Assembly (NCBI GenBank): GCA_902522865.1
Contig: CABYXC010000009.1
Span: 2,007-66,006, forward strand
DNA: 64,000 nucleotides
Direction of reading: 5' to 3'
Origin: an uncultured Alphaproteobacteria bacterium
GTDB lineage: Bacteria > Pseudomonadota > Alphaproteobacteria > HIMB59 > GCA-002718135
Under the pieces are notes generated by a model that saw only the letters and a list, made by a program, of their open reading frames with translations, was not told where the DNA came from and did not search any database. Below, piece by piece: positions 1 to 8,745 of the stretch (position 1 is its first letter; each line of letters starts with the position of its first letter). The translations under genes and the position numbers were made by a program.

Positions 1-1
1 G

Positions 2-490
2 TTTAGTGAAGCACCCATTTACTTTTTTGTTATTCTTTTACTAATTCCAGCATTTAGAGATGCACATTTTTATTTAATTCATCGTTTCTTACACTTTAAA
101 TTTATGTACAAAATTGCTCATTCTGTTCATCATCGAAATGTTAATCCTGGGCCATGGTCAAGTTTGTCTATGCACCCTATTGAACACTTATTATATTTTT
201 CAGGTGTGATCATTCATTGGGTTATTCTCTCTCATCCATTACATGCGACTTATCATTTATTTCATGCTGGTCTTGGATCGGCAAATGGTCATATAGGTTT
301 TAAGCAAATGATGATCAATGATAAGAGAGCAATAGATCTCAGTAATTACAATCATTATCTTCATCATAAATATTTCGAAGTAAATTACGGAAATCTTATG
401 ATTCCTTTTGATCAATGGTTTGGCACCTATCATGATGGATCCAAAGAAATGCACGAAAAAATGCTTAAAAGAGTTAGTATTAAAAACTAA
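2..490 (+). CDS. fatty acid hydroxylase / sterol desaturase-family membrane di-iron oxygenase (5' end outside window)
   Basis: Reading frame is open from nt 2. Three His boxes occur in order: HFYLIHRFLH (nt 65-94), HSVHHR, HYLHHKYF. Hydrophobic segments lie between them. Confidence 0.7.
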   Translation, partial: FSEAPIYFFVILLLIPAFRDAHFYLIHRFLHFKFMYKIAHSVHHRNVNPGPWSSLSMHPIEHLLYFSGVIIHWVILSHPLHATYHLFHAGLGSANGHIGFKQMMINDKRAIDLSNYNHYLHHKYFEVNYGNLMIPFDQWFGTYHDGSKEMHEKMLKRVSIKN

Positions 491-623
491 TTTTTCTTAA
501 CAATTTCAATAATTTAAAGAGGTTTAATCTGTAGCATTTTATTGCTTGTTTAAAGTTTAACATTATGTTTATATAAAAATTATATGCTAGCTAGTAGCGT
601 ATTTTACTCAAGTAGGAGGAAAT

Positions 624-2231
624 ATGAAAAAACTATATGTGGTTATAGTTGCAGTGTTGGCTCATCTGATGTTCATTTCATCAGCTTCAGCTCAACCTAC
701 AAATAGTAACCAACTATCCGATCCTCGTGTTAGACAAGCTTTGTGTATGGCTATTGACATGAAAACAATCGGTGAAACATTATTTGAAGATCAAATCATA
801 ATGGCGGATAGTTTATTACCAAACGGTCCAATGAAGTCTCCAAATCTTCCTGATTACAGTTACAATCCTGAAAAGGCTCGTCAACTGTTAGCAGAAGCAA
901 ATTGGGACTCTAATAGAGAACTTGATATGGTATTCTATTATGGAGATCAGCTGACTGCTGACTTCATGGCAGCAATTCAAGCATACTTTGCTGATGTTGG
1001 TGTTAAAATGACTTACCGTCTATTACAAGGTGATGTTGGTGCACAACTTAATTCAGTTCCTGATGATGGTGTGAACGGACCAGCTGCTGTTGACTATGAC
1101 TTAGGTTATGGTGCTCGTGCAGCAATTGCAATGCAAGAGTATTACAATACTTTTAAAACAGGTCTAAACCCACAAACTCCTGGTGATCCAAAAATGGATG
1201 CGCTTATTGAAAAAATCAATTCAAGTGCTGATCCAGAAGTTCTAAAACCTGCTTTCTTTGAAATACAAGAATATCAAATGGAGCAAGTTAACATTTGTCC
1301 ATTGTACTATCAAAAATTATTCATCTATGAGAGTAATAAAGTTGATAGAAATGGTGGAGCATATGGTAACGCTCAGTATAACTATAACTGGGGAATTACT
1401 GATTGGAACGTAAGTGGTGGTACATTACAAACTAACACTGGTCCTGTTGAATTCTTTGAACAACCTTGGTACAACCTTGGTTTATGGATACACAACAAAG
1501 TTGTATTCGATAGACTATTAGTTGCTGATGGTGCGTTACAACCAGTTGGATGTTCAGCTTGTGAAAGTTATGAGTTAGCTGCTGATGGTTTAAGTCTAAC
1601 ATTTAAACTAAAAGATGGTCTAACTTTCCATGATGGAAACGATGTAACTGTTGAGGATGTAGCATGGAGTATTCGTACTGCTATGAAAGCACCTCAAATG
1701 CACGCTCTAATTGGAAACACAGTTGGATCAATCAAAGGTGCTGATGCATTTAAAGACGGCTCAACTGATGATGTTTCTGGTATTAAATACAATATTGCAG
1801 ACAGAGTTATTACGTTAGAATTAACAAAAATTGATCCTAACATCTTAACTACGTTCACTCAATTTGCTATTTTACCTAAGCACTTATTAGGTGATGTTGA
1901 TCCATTGAAATTCCAACAAAGTGATTTCTGGCAAATGCCAATAGGATCTGGAGCATTCAAAATTACTGAAGTTAAAATGAACGACTTTGCGAAGTTCGAA
2001 CCTTTTGACGGCTATCATGGCGGTAAAGCTGGTTTTGATATCATTGCTTACCCAAGTTATGATGGTGATGGTAACTTAATTAAGAATGCTGCTGCAGGAA
2101 AAATGGACTACGGATTTACTAAAAACGTAGCCGATGTTGCTGCACTAGATGCTATGGACAACATGGGAACTAAAGCTGTTGATATCCCTTATACTCGTAT
2201 GATGTGGATTATGCAGTATCCAAAACCATAG
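624..2231 (+). CDS. ABC transporter substrate-binding protein, family 5 (peptide/opine/nickel type), apparently circularly permuted
   Basis: GGAGG Shine-Dalgarno upstream and a signal peptide (MKKLYVVIVAVLAHLMFISSASA). Family-5 motifs are present but in swapped order: SDPRVRQALCMAID...YNPEKARQLLAEA at the N-terminus and FKLKDGLTFHDGNDVTVEDVAWSI plus PIGSGAFKITE...FEPFDGYHGG in the C-terminal half. Confidence 0.85.
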   Translation: MKKLYVVIVAVLAHLMFISSASAQPTNSNQLSDPRVRQALCMAIDMKTIGETLFEDQIIMADSLLPNGPMKSPNLPDYSYNPEKARQLLAEANWDSNRELDMVFYYGDQLTADFMAAIQAYFADVGVKMTYRLLQGDVGAQLNSVPDDGVNGPAAVDYDLGYGARAAIAMQEYYNTFKTGLNPQTPGDPKMDALIEKINSSADPEVLKPAFFEIQEYQMEQVNICPLYYQKLFIYESNKVDRNGGAYGNAQYNYNWGITDWNVSGGTLQTNTGPVEFFEQPWYNLGLWIHNKVVFDRLLVADGALQPVGCSACESYELAADGLSLTFKLKDGLTFHDGNDVTVEDVAWSIRTAMKAPQMHALIGNTVGSIKGADAFKDGSTDDVSGIKYNIADRVITLELTKIDPNILTTFTQFAILPKHLLGDVDPLKFQQSDFWQMPIGSGAFKITEVKMNDFAKFEPFDGYHGGKAGFDIIAYPSYDGDGNLIKNAAAGKMDYGFTKNVADVAALDAMDNMGTKAVDIPYTRMMWIMQYPKP

Positions 2232-2247
2232 TTAATTTAATCATTAA

Positions 2248-2279
2248 AGCTGAGGCATACGCCTCAGCTTTCTTTTTTT
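2248..2279 (+). terminator. Rho-independent terminator/attenuator after the binding-protein gene
   Basis: Perfect 9-bp stem AGCTGAGGC / GCCTCAGCT with loop ATAC, followed by TTCTTTTTTT. It sits between the SBP and permease genes, a placement often associated with excess SBP expression. Confidence 0.75.
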
Positions 2280-2299
2280 AGTAATAACGGAAAGTAAAA

Positions 2300-3265
2300 G
2301 TGACCACTTATATTATTCAACGTTTATTTATTTTCTTTCCGATGTTGCTTGTCATAAGTTTTCTTGTTTATTCAGGATTAGAATTATCACCTGGCGATGC
2401 TGTATCACATATGATCAGTCCTGAACTCGCATCAACAATTACTGCAGAACAACTTGATGCAATGCGTGAAGCGTATGGGCTAAATCAAAGTTTCCTTACA
2501 CGATACTGGATTTGGTTAACTAGCATGGTTCAAGGAGACATGGGTTATTCCATGGCAGGTGGTGTTGCTATTTCTGAAATAATGGTAAAAACAGTTCCTG
2601 CAACTTTAGAGCTATCTATGGTAGCTTTATTTTTCTCAACAATTTTAGGTTGTTCTTTAGGTGTCATCAGTGCCTTAAAAAGAGGTTCTGGTACTGATAA
2701 TTCTCTTACGGTTGCTGGAATGGCTGGAGTTTCTATACCTGAATTTTTTTTTGGACTTGTAGCTATTCTTTTATTTGCAATCGAATTAAAATGGCTTCCC
2801 GTTGGAGGTAGATTACTGCCTCATTATGAAACACTCTGGGATCGTATACCAAATATTGTTCTCCCCTCTTTAGTATTGGCATTAATGATGACTGCAGGTG
2901 CTATGCGTTATGCACGTTCATCAATGTTAGATGTTTTAGCACGAGAATTTATTACTACTGCTCGATCAAAAGGAATGCCTGAGTGGAGAGTAAATATATT
3001 ACACGGATTTAGAGTAGCCTTAACACCAGTTGTTGTGCTAATTGGTTTTCGTCTACCTTTACTTATAGGGGGATCAACTATTATCGAACAAGTTTACCAA
3101 TGGCCAGGGATTGGTAGTATGTTTATTCGCTCTGTGCGTGCTTCTGATTATCCTTTGGTCATGACAATTTCACTAATGTATGTTTTTGTTGTTCTTACGG
3201 CAAGTTTAATAATAGATGTTTTAACAGCATTAATTGACCCAAGAGTTAGGTTAGGAAAAGAATAA
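2300..3265 (+). CDS. ABC transporter permease, DppB/OppB-like
   Basis: GTG start. N-terminus MTTYIIQRLFIFFPMLLVISFLVY is typical of this family, with multiple TM segments and an EAA-like loop (ARSKGMPEWRV). Confidence 0.85.
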   Translation: MTTYIIQRLFIFFPMLLVISFLVYSGLELSPGDAVSHMISPELASTITAEQLDAMREAYGLNQSFLTRYWIWLTSMVQGDMGYSMAGGVAISEIMVKTVPATLELSMVALFFSTILGCSLGVISALKRGSGTDNSLTVAGMAGVSIPEFFFGLVAILLFAIELKWLPVGGRLLPHYETLWDRIPNIVLPSLVLALMMTAGAMRYARSSMLDVLAREFITTARSKGMPEWRVNILHGFRVALTPVVVLIGFRLPLLIGGSTIIEQVYQWPGIGSMFIRSVRASDYPLVMTISLMYVFVVLTASLIIDVLTALIDPRVRLGKE

Positions 3266-4179
3266 TGGCAAAGTCTTCACTAGATAAGAAATTTGATCAA
3301 ATAAGAAAACGTGAAGAGGAAAAAACTTTTTCTACAAAAAAAAGAAGTAGAATAGTTAATAAATTTTTAAATAACCGTTTAGCAGTTTTAGGTTTAATCA
3401 TTTTTACAATAATTATTTTAGCTTCTATTTTTGCTCCTCTTCTCTCACCATATGATCCGATGCGAGTAGACTTACGTTCCATGAGACAACCACCATCGTT
3501 TGATCATTGGTTTGGAACAGATAGTACAGGGCGAGATGTGTTTACAAGAGTCTTATTTGGAGGAAGAGTTTCAATATTTATTGGTTTAGGAAGTGCTATT
3601 CTATCAGCTGTTGTGGGAATAGCGGTTGGTTGTTACGCTGGATATAAAGGTGGTTGGATTGATGTTATTGCTCTTAGAATTTCTGAAATATTTATGTCTT
3701 TCCCTCAAATTATTTTAGTTTTATTGCTTGTATCCATCACTGGTCAAAGTTTATTTAATTTAATGGCCATATTTATCCTTACAGGTTGGGGAGGTATGTA
3801 CAGACTTGCTCGAGCTAGAATGTTATCCTTAAGAGAGGAAGAATATGTTCAAGCACTAAGAAGTTTTGGCTTATCTACATTTACTATATGCTACAAACAT
3901 ATGTTGCCAAATGCATTAAGCCCCATAATGGTAAACATTACTCTATCAACAGCAATGTTTATTTTAACAGAAGCAGGACTAAGTTTTCTCGGTTTAGGAG
4001 TTCCATTAAATATTCCTACATGGGGAAATATTTTAAATGTTGCACAAGATATTTTAATTTTACAAAACTATTGGTGGATGTGGGGACCTGTGGGAATTGT
4101 TATTTCAGTTTTTGTTCTTTGTGTTAATTTTATAGGAGATGGTCTACGAGATTCAACAGATCCATCACAGCAAGGTTAG
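3265..4179 (+). CDS. ABC transporter permease, DppC/OppC-like
   Basis: TAATG overlap with the upstream permease gene. Motifs HWFGTDSTGRDVFTRV and an EAA-like loop (ALRSFGLS), with 6 predicted TM stretches. Confidence 0.85.
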   Translation: MAKSSLDKKFDQIRKREEEKTFSTKKRSRIVNKFLNNRLAVLGLIIFTIIILASIFAPLLSPYDPMRVDLRSMRQPPSFDHWFGTDSTGRDVFTRVLFGGRVSIFIGLGSAILSAVVGIAVGCYAGYKGGWIDVIALRISEIFMSFPQIILVLLLVSITGQSLFNLMAIFILTGWGGMYRLARARMLSLREEEYVQALRSFGLSTFTICYKHMLPNALSPIMVNITLSTAMFILTEAGLSFLGLGVPLNIPTWGNILNVAQDILILQNYWWMWGPVGIVISVFVLCVNFIGDGLRDSTDPSQQG

Positions 4180-4181
4180 TA

Positions 4182-5195
4182 ATGGAAAATAAAAATAATA
4201 TAGCGCTTTCAGTTAGAGATCTTAAAACTTTTTTTTATACGAATAATCGATGCAACAAAGCAGTTAATGGAGTTTCCTTTGATGTTGAAAAAGGTAAAAC
4301 ACTTTGTATCGTTGGTGAAAGTGGTTGTGGTAAAAGTGTTACCGCAGCTACAATTATGCAATTACTTCCAACACTATCAAGAATTGAAGAGGGTGAAATT
4401 AAATTTCAAAAAGATGATAAAATTATCAATATTGAAAAATTAGAAAAAAATGGAAAAGAAATGAGGGAGATTAGAGGGTCAGATATTGCAATGATATTCC
4501 AAGATCCCATGACAGCACTTAATCCTGTGTACACAGTCGGATTCCAAATAAGTGAAAATCTTAAGTATCATACTAATCTCAATAAAAAAGAAATAAGGGA
4601 AAAGTGTATTTCTCTTCTCAATGACATGGGCATACCACTTCCAGAAAAAAGAGTTGATGAATATCCTCACAGTTATTCTGGTGGGATGAGACAAAGAGCA
4701 ATGATAGCAATGGCCATGGCTTGTAATCCAAAAATATTAATTGCGGATGAGCCAACAACTGCTCTAGATGTTACAATTCAGGCACAAATATTTGAGTTAA
4801 TGGATAAGTTAAAAAAAGAAAATGATACAGCTATTATTCTTATAACACATGATATGGGAGTTGTAGCAGAGTTAGCTGATAATGTTGCAGTCATGTATAT
4901 GGGAAACATTGTTGAGGCTGGAACAGCAGACGATGTTTTAAGACGACCAACACACCCCTATACTAAAGCTCTATTGGAGTCAGTACCTGTACTTGGAAGA
5001 GGGAAGAATCAAGATATTAATCCTATTAAAGGATCAACACCTGATCCCTATAACAGACCTATTGGTTGTCAATTTGCTCCAAGGTGCAATTGGCAAACAG
5101 AAAGTTGTGACGTGATGCCAGAAATCACACAAATAAATGAAACTCACCAAGTAAGATGTCACAAGTACGAACAATTTTTTGAGAAATATAAATGA
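4182..5195 (+). CDS. ABC transporter ATP-binding protein, DppD/OppD-like
   Basis: Walker A GESGCGKS, signature YSGGMRQR, Walker B ILIADEPTTALD, and a C-terminal oligopeptide-type Cys-containing extension. Confidence 0.9.
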   Translation: MENKNNIALSVRDLKTFFYTNNRCNKAVNGVSFDVEKGKTLCIVGESGCGKSVTAATIMQLLPTLSRIEEGEIKFQKDDKIINIEKLEKNGKEMREIRGSDIAMIFQDPMTALNPVYTVGFQISENLKYHTNLNKKEIREKCISLLNDMGIPLPEKRVDEYPHSYSGGMRQRAMIAMAMACNPKILIADEPTTALDVTIQAQIFELMDKLKKENDTAIILITHDMGVVAELADNVAVMYMGNIVEAGTADDVLRRPTHPYTKALLESVPVLGRGKNQDINPIKGSTPDPYNRPIGCQFAPRCNWQTESCDVMPEITQINETHQVRCHKYEQFFEKYK

Positions 5196-6199
5196 AAAAA
5201 GAGATACTTAAATTACGCGGTGTAAAAGTACATTTTCCAGTACAAGCAGGTGTGTTTAATCGTGTTGTAGGACATGTTTTGGCTGTTGATGGTGTGGATT
5301 TAGATATTTTTAGAGGTGAAGTTTTAGGTCTAGCTGGAGAAAGTGGTTGTGGAAAGACAACTCTTGGTAAAGCCATCCTAAGATTGGTAGAACCTACAGA
5401 TGGAGAAGTAAAATATATTTCACAAGATGATGATGAGACAGAATTAACATCTTTAGAAAAAAAAGATATGGATCCATTTCGAAAGAAGTTACAAATAGTC
5501 TTTCAAGATCCGCACTCCTCTCTTAATCCTTCATTTACAATTTTTGGCTCGCTTCAAGATCCATTAAAAAAATTTGGTATAAAATCAAAAGAGGAAAGAA
5601 GAAAAATTATTGGTGATCTCCTAGAAGCAGTAAATATGCGCAGAGAATATATGGATAGATATCCTCACGAATTTTCAGGAGGGCAAAGACAAAGAATTGG
5701 TATTGTCAGAGCTTTATGTCTTGAGCCGGAACTTATAGTTTGTGATGAAGCGGTTAGTGCTCTTGATGTATCAATTCAGGCACAAGTACTAAAATTATTA
5801 ATGCAACTTAAGAAAGAAAAAAATCTAACCTACCTTTTCATTACTCATGATTTGAGTGTAACAGAATATCTATGTGATCGAATTGCTGTTATGTATCTTG
5901 GGAGAATTGTTGAACTTTGTGTTTCTGAAGATCTATATAATAATACTCTTCACCCCTACTCTGAAGCTTTGATTTCAGCTATCCCAGTTGCAGATCTTGA
6001 CAAACAAACGAAAAGAATTGTTTTGGAAGGAGATGTACCAAGTCCAGTTAATCCACCTAAAGGCTGTCCTTTTCATCCTCGGTGTCCTAAAGCAACTGAC
6101 ATTTGTAAAACTGAGGTACCAACATTAAAAAAATATTCAACAAATGGTAATGAACACTATGCATCTTGCCACTTAATTGATTTACCCGAAATTACCTAA
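5192..6199 (+). CDS. ABC transporter ATP-binding protein, DppF/OppF-like
   Basis: ATGA overlap with the upstream gene. Walker A GESGCGKTT, signature FSGGQRQR, Walker B LIVCDEAVSALD. Confidence 0.9.
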   Translation: MKKEILKLRGVKVHFPVQAGVFNRVVGHVLAVDGVDLDIFRGEVLGLAGESGCGKTTLGKAILRLVEPTDGEVKYISQDDDETELTSLEKKDMDPFRKKLQIVFQDPHSSLNPSFTIFGSLQDPLKKFGIKSKEERRKIIGDLLEAVNMRREYMDRYPHEFSGGQRQRIGIVRALCLEPELIVCDEAVSALDVSIQAQVLKLLMQLKKEKNLTYLFITHDLSVTEYLCDRIAVMYLGRIVELCVSEDLYNNTLHPYSEALISAIPVADLDKQTKRIVLEGDVPSPVNPPKGCPFHPRCPKATDICKTEVPTLKKYSTNGNEHYASCHLIDLPEIT

Positions 6200-7129
6200 A
6201 TGTCTAAATATGATCCAAAAGATCTAAATGGTGTTATGCCTGCTATGATCACATCGATTAATAAAGATGAAACTATAAACAAGGAAGGTTTAAGAAAAAT
6301 AATCAATCATTTAATAGCCGAAAATGTTAATGGCTTGTACGTAACTGGTAGTACAGGTGAAACTTTTTTAATGTCACCAGAAGAAAAAAAAGAAGTGCTT
6401 GATATTATTGTTGAAGAAGTAAATGGCAGAGTTCCTGTTATTGCGCATGTTGGATCTATTGGAACTAAAATTACAACTGATCTAGCGAAATATGCCGCTC
6501 ATGCTGGAGTCGACGCATTATCAGCATTGCCACCTTTTTATTACAATTTTTCTAATGAAGAGATTTATAATTATTATAGTGACATAGCTCAATCCTCACA
6601 TTTGCCAATTATTATATATAATATTAGTCACGCAAATTTGATGGACATTGATATGTTAAAAAGATTGGCCGCTATAGATAATATTAAAGGAGTTAAATAT
6701 ACAGCAGCAACTCATTTTAATTTTGAGAAAATAAAAAAGGAGATTGGAGCATATTTTAAAATTTATTCTGGTATGGATGAAATGGCTATCTCTGGTCTGA
6801 TATCAGGTGCTGATGGCATGATTGGATCGTTTTATAATTTAATGCCAGAAATGTTTGTAGGAATTTTTCAAAATATGAAAAATGGTAATGTTGTTGAGGC
6901 AAAAAAATTACAAGACAAAGTCAATATGATCATTTTGTATGCTTTAAAAAAATCAGGTTATCCATTTATTAAAATGGGATTAAGTTGGATGGGAATTGAT
7001 TCAGGGTATGTAAGGAAACCTTTTTCAAGTATTGTCAATACAGAGATAGAAAAGGGAATAAAAGATGATTTAAAAAAATTAATGTCGGAAAATGATCTTT
7101 CAGAAATAAAATTTTTAAAAGCATTATAA
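6200..7129 (+). CDS. nanA: N-acetylneuraminate lyase (DHDPS/NAL family)
   Basis: Collinear with E. coli NanA motifs: GLYVTGSTGETF, PPFYYNFSNEE, IIYNI, Schiff-base Lys context GVKYTA, YSGMDEM, GADGMIGSFYN, RKPF. The start codon follows the ATPase stop codon directly. Confidence 0.85.
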   Translation: MSKYDPKDLNGVMPAMITSINKDETINKEGLRKIINHLIAENVNGLYVTGSTGETFLMSPEEKKEVLDIIVEEVNGRVPVIAHVGSIGTKITTDLAKYAAHAGVDALSALPPFYYNFSNEEIYNYYSDIAQSSHLPIIIYNISHANLMDIDMLKRLAAIDNIKGVKYTAATHFNFEKIKKEIGAYFKIYSGMDEMAISGLISGADGMIGSFYNLMPEMFVGIFQNMKNGNVVEAKKLQDKVNMIILYALKKSGYPFIKMGLSWMGIDSGYVRKPFSSIVNTEIEKGIKDDLKKLMSENDLSEIKFLKAL

Positions 7130-7137
7130 TTAACTGT

Positions 7138-7812
7138 GTGAAAAAAAATATTTTAAAAAAATTAAAAAATAAAATCATTGTATCATGTCAGCCTAATGAG
7201 GGTGGGCCTCAAGACAAGACGTCTATTGTTGTTTCAATGGCAGAAGCTGCAATTATAGGAGGTTGTGGTGGTGTGCGAATTGAAGGAGAAAAAAATATAC
7301 GAGCAGTCAAAAAAAATATTTCTTTACCAATAATTGGCATAATAAAAAATGACTTAGATAACTTTAAAGTTAGAATTACGCCTCTCTTAAAGGATGTCGA
7401 TAAAATTATTAATAGTGGTGCAGATATAATAGCATATGATGCCACAAATAGGAAAAGGCCTTTTCCAACAAAAGAAATTATTTTAAAAATTAAAAAAGCA
7501 AATCGTTTAGCTATGGCAGATTGCTCAAATCTAGATGATGCTAAAAATGCTATTTTAGAGGGTGCGGATATTATTGGAACTACACTTGCTGGCTATGTTG
7601 GTAAACAAGCGAAAGATACAGATAAACCAAATATAAAATTAATTAAAGAATTTAAAAAACTTAATTGCTTTGTAATGGCTGAAGGTCGTTACAACACTCC
7701 AGAGCTTGCAAAGCAAGCTATACAAGCAGGAGCAGATGCAGTTACAATTGGAAGTGCTATTACGCGAATTGATAATATTACGAGTTGGTTTGTAAAAAAA
7801 ATTAAAAATTAA
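7138..7812 (+). CDS. nanE: N-acetylmannosamine-6-phosphate 2-epimerase
   Basis: IVSCQP..., VRIEG, LPIIGIIK, RITP, GADIIAYDAT, AMADCS, GADIIGTTLAGY, AEGRYNTPE and TIGSAITR match NanE along its length. GTG start. Confidence 0.85.
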   Translation: MKKNILKKLKNKIIVSCQPNEGGPQDKTSIVVSMAEAAIIGGCGGVRIEGEKNIRAVKKNISLPIIGIIKNDLDNFKVRITPLLKDVDKIINSGADIIAYDATNRKRPFPTKEIILKIKKANRLAMADCSNLDDAKNAILEGADIIGTTLAGYVGKQAKDTDKPNIKLIKEFKKLNCFVMAEGRYNTPELAKQAIQAGADAVTIGSAITRIDNITSWFVKKIKN

Positions 7813-7813
7813 A

Positions 7814-8695
7814 ATGAATAAAAAAATATTTAACAAATCAGGTATCGCAATTGATTTTGGAGCAACTAAGATATCAGTATCTCAAATAATTAAAGGAAAG
7901 TTTAAAAAAACTATTACTGAGCCAACTTCAATACATAAAATAACAAATAATTACATTCAACAAATTGAAAAAAATATTAAAAACTTAAATATATCTAAAT
8001 CTAAAAAAATAGGTATTGCTATTACAGGAAGGGTTGACCAATACGGAAATTGGTACCCAGTAAATAAAGAAAATTTAGGAAATTTCAAAATACCCCTTAA
8101 AAAACTTATAAAAAAAAAATTTAATATAGCTTCTACAATAATAAATGATGCAACAGCTGCAGCTTTGGGAGAAGCAAATTATGGAAAAGGTTTTAAATAC
8201 AAACGTGTGGGATATATTACAATTTCAAGTGGTATAGGAGTTGGTGTAATTTTAAACAATAAACCTCTTCTCTCAGAAAATGGATTAGCAGGACATTTAG
8301 GATTTACAACTTCAACGTTAGCAAAAACAAAATGTGGGAGTGGTAGAATTGGAACTTTTGAAAGTATCGCTTCTGGTAAAGCAATGAGTAAAATTGCTAA
8401 ACAAAAAGGTCATAAAAATATTAGTGCTAAAGAAATTTTTAAGCTTAGTTTTCAAAATAAAAAATGGGCAAAAGAAATAATCGATCTGTCTGCCAAATCT
8501 GTCTCAGAACTGTGTGCAAATTTGAAAGCTATATTTGATATAGACATAATTATTCTTGGCGGAAGTATTGGAATGGCACAAGGTTATGTAGAGCTCGTAA
8601 AAAAAAATTTGAAAAAAGAACCTAAATTGTTTCACGTAAAAGTAGTAAAGTCATCTCTTGGAGTAAAAGCATCAAAAATGGGTGTTTTGCTATAA
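7814..8695 (+). CDS. nanK: ROK-family sugar kinase, N-acetylmannosamine kinase-like
   Basis: IAIDFGATK phosphate-1 motif, INDATAAALGE, ITISSGIGVG, GLAGHLG. Length and position after nanE match NanK. The ROK zinc motif is degenerate (KCGSGRIGTFE). Confidence 0.75.
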   Translation: MNKKIFNKSGIAIDFGATKISVSQIIKGKFKKTITEPTSIHKITNNYIQQIEKNIKNLNISKSKKIGIAITGRVDQYGNWYPVNKENLGNFKIPLKKLIKKKFNIASTIINDATAAALGEANYGKGFKYKRVGYITISSGIGVGVILNNKPLLSENGLAGHLGFTTSTLAKTKCGSGRIGTFESIASGKAMSKIAKQKGHKNISAKEIFKLSFQNKKWAKEIIDLSAKSVSELCANLKAIFDIDIIILGGSIGMAQGYVELVKKNLKKEPKLFHVKVVKSSLGVKASKMGVLL

Positions 8696-8745
8696 ACACA
8701 AGAAACTGATTGTGCTTTTAATGAAAATTGCATAGGTTAATTAAA

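Noticed and set aside
257-5376. Short overlapping ORFs within the first genes (257-454, 3297-3482, 3888-4127, 4479-4694, 5125-5376). Similar ORFs lie inside other confident genes (7209-7445, 7639-7836, 10837-11037, 17637-17822, 17952-18146, 18161-18358, 26377-26616, 26881-27147, 27914-28171, 30366-30563, 32036-32272, 33403-33609, 34264-34512, 35654-35836, 58335-58685, 59871-60137, 62730-62960, 63769-63975).
   Set aside because: All are embedded in or antisense to genes with strong motif evidence. They are typical AT-rich-genome shadow ORFs.
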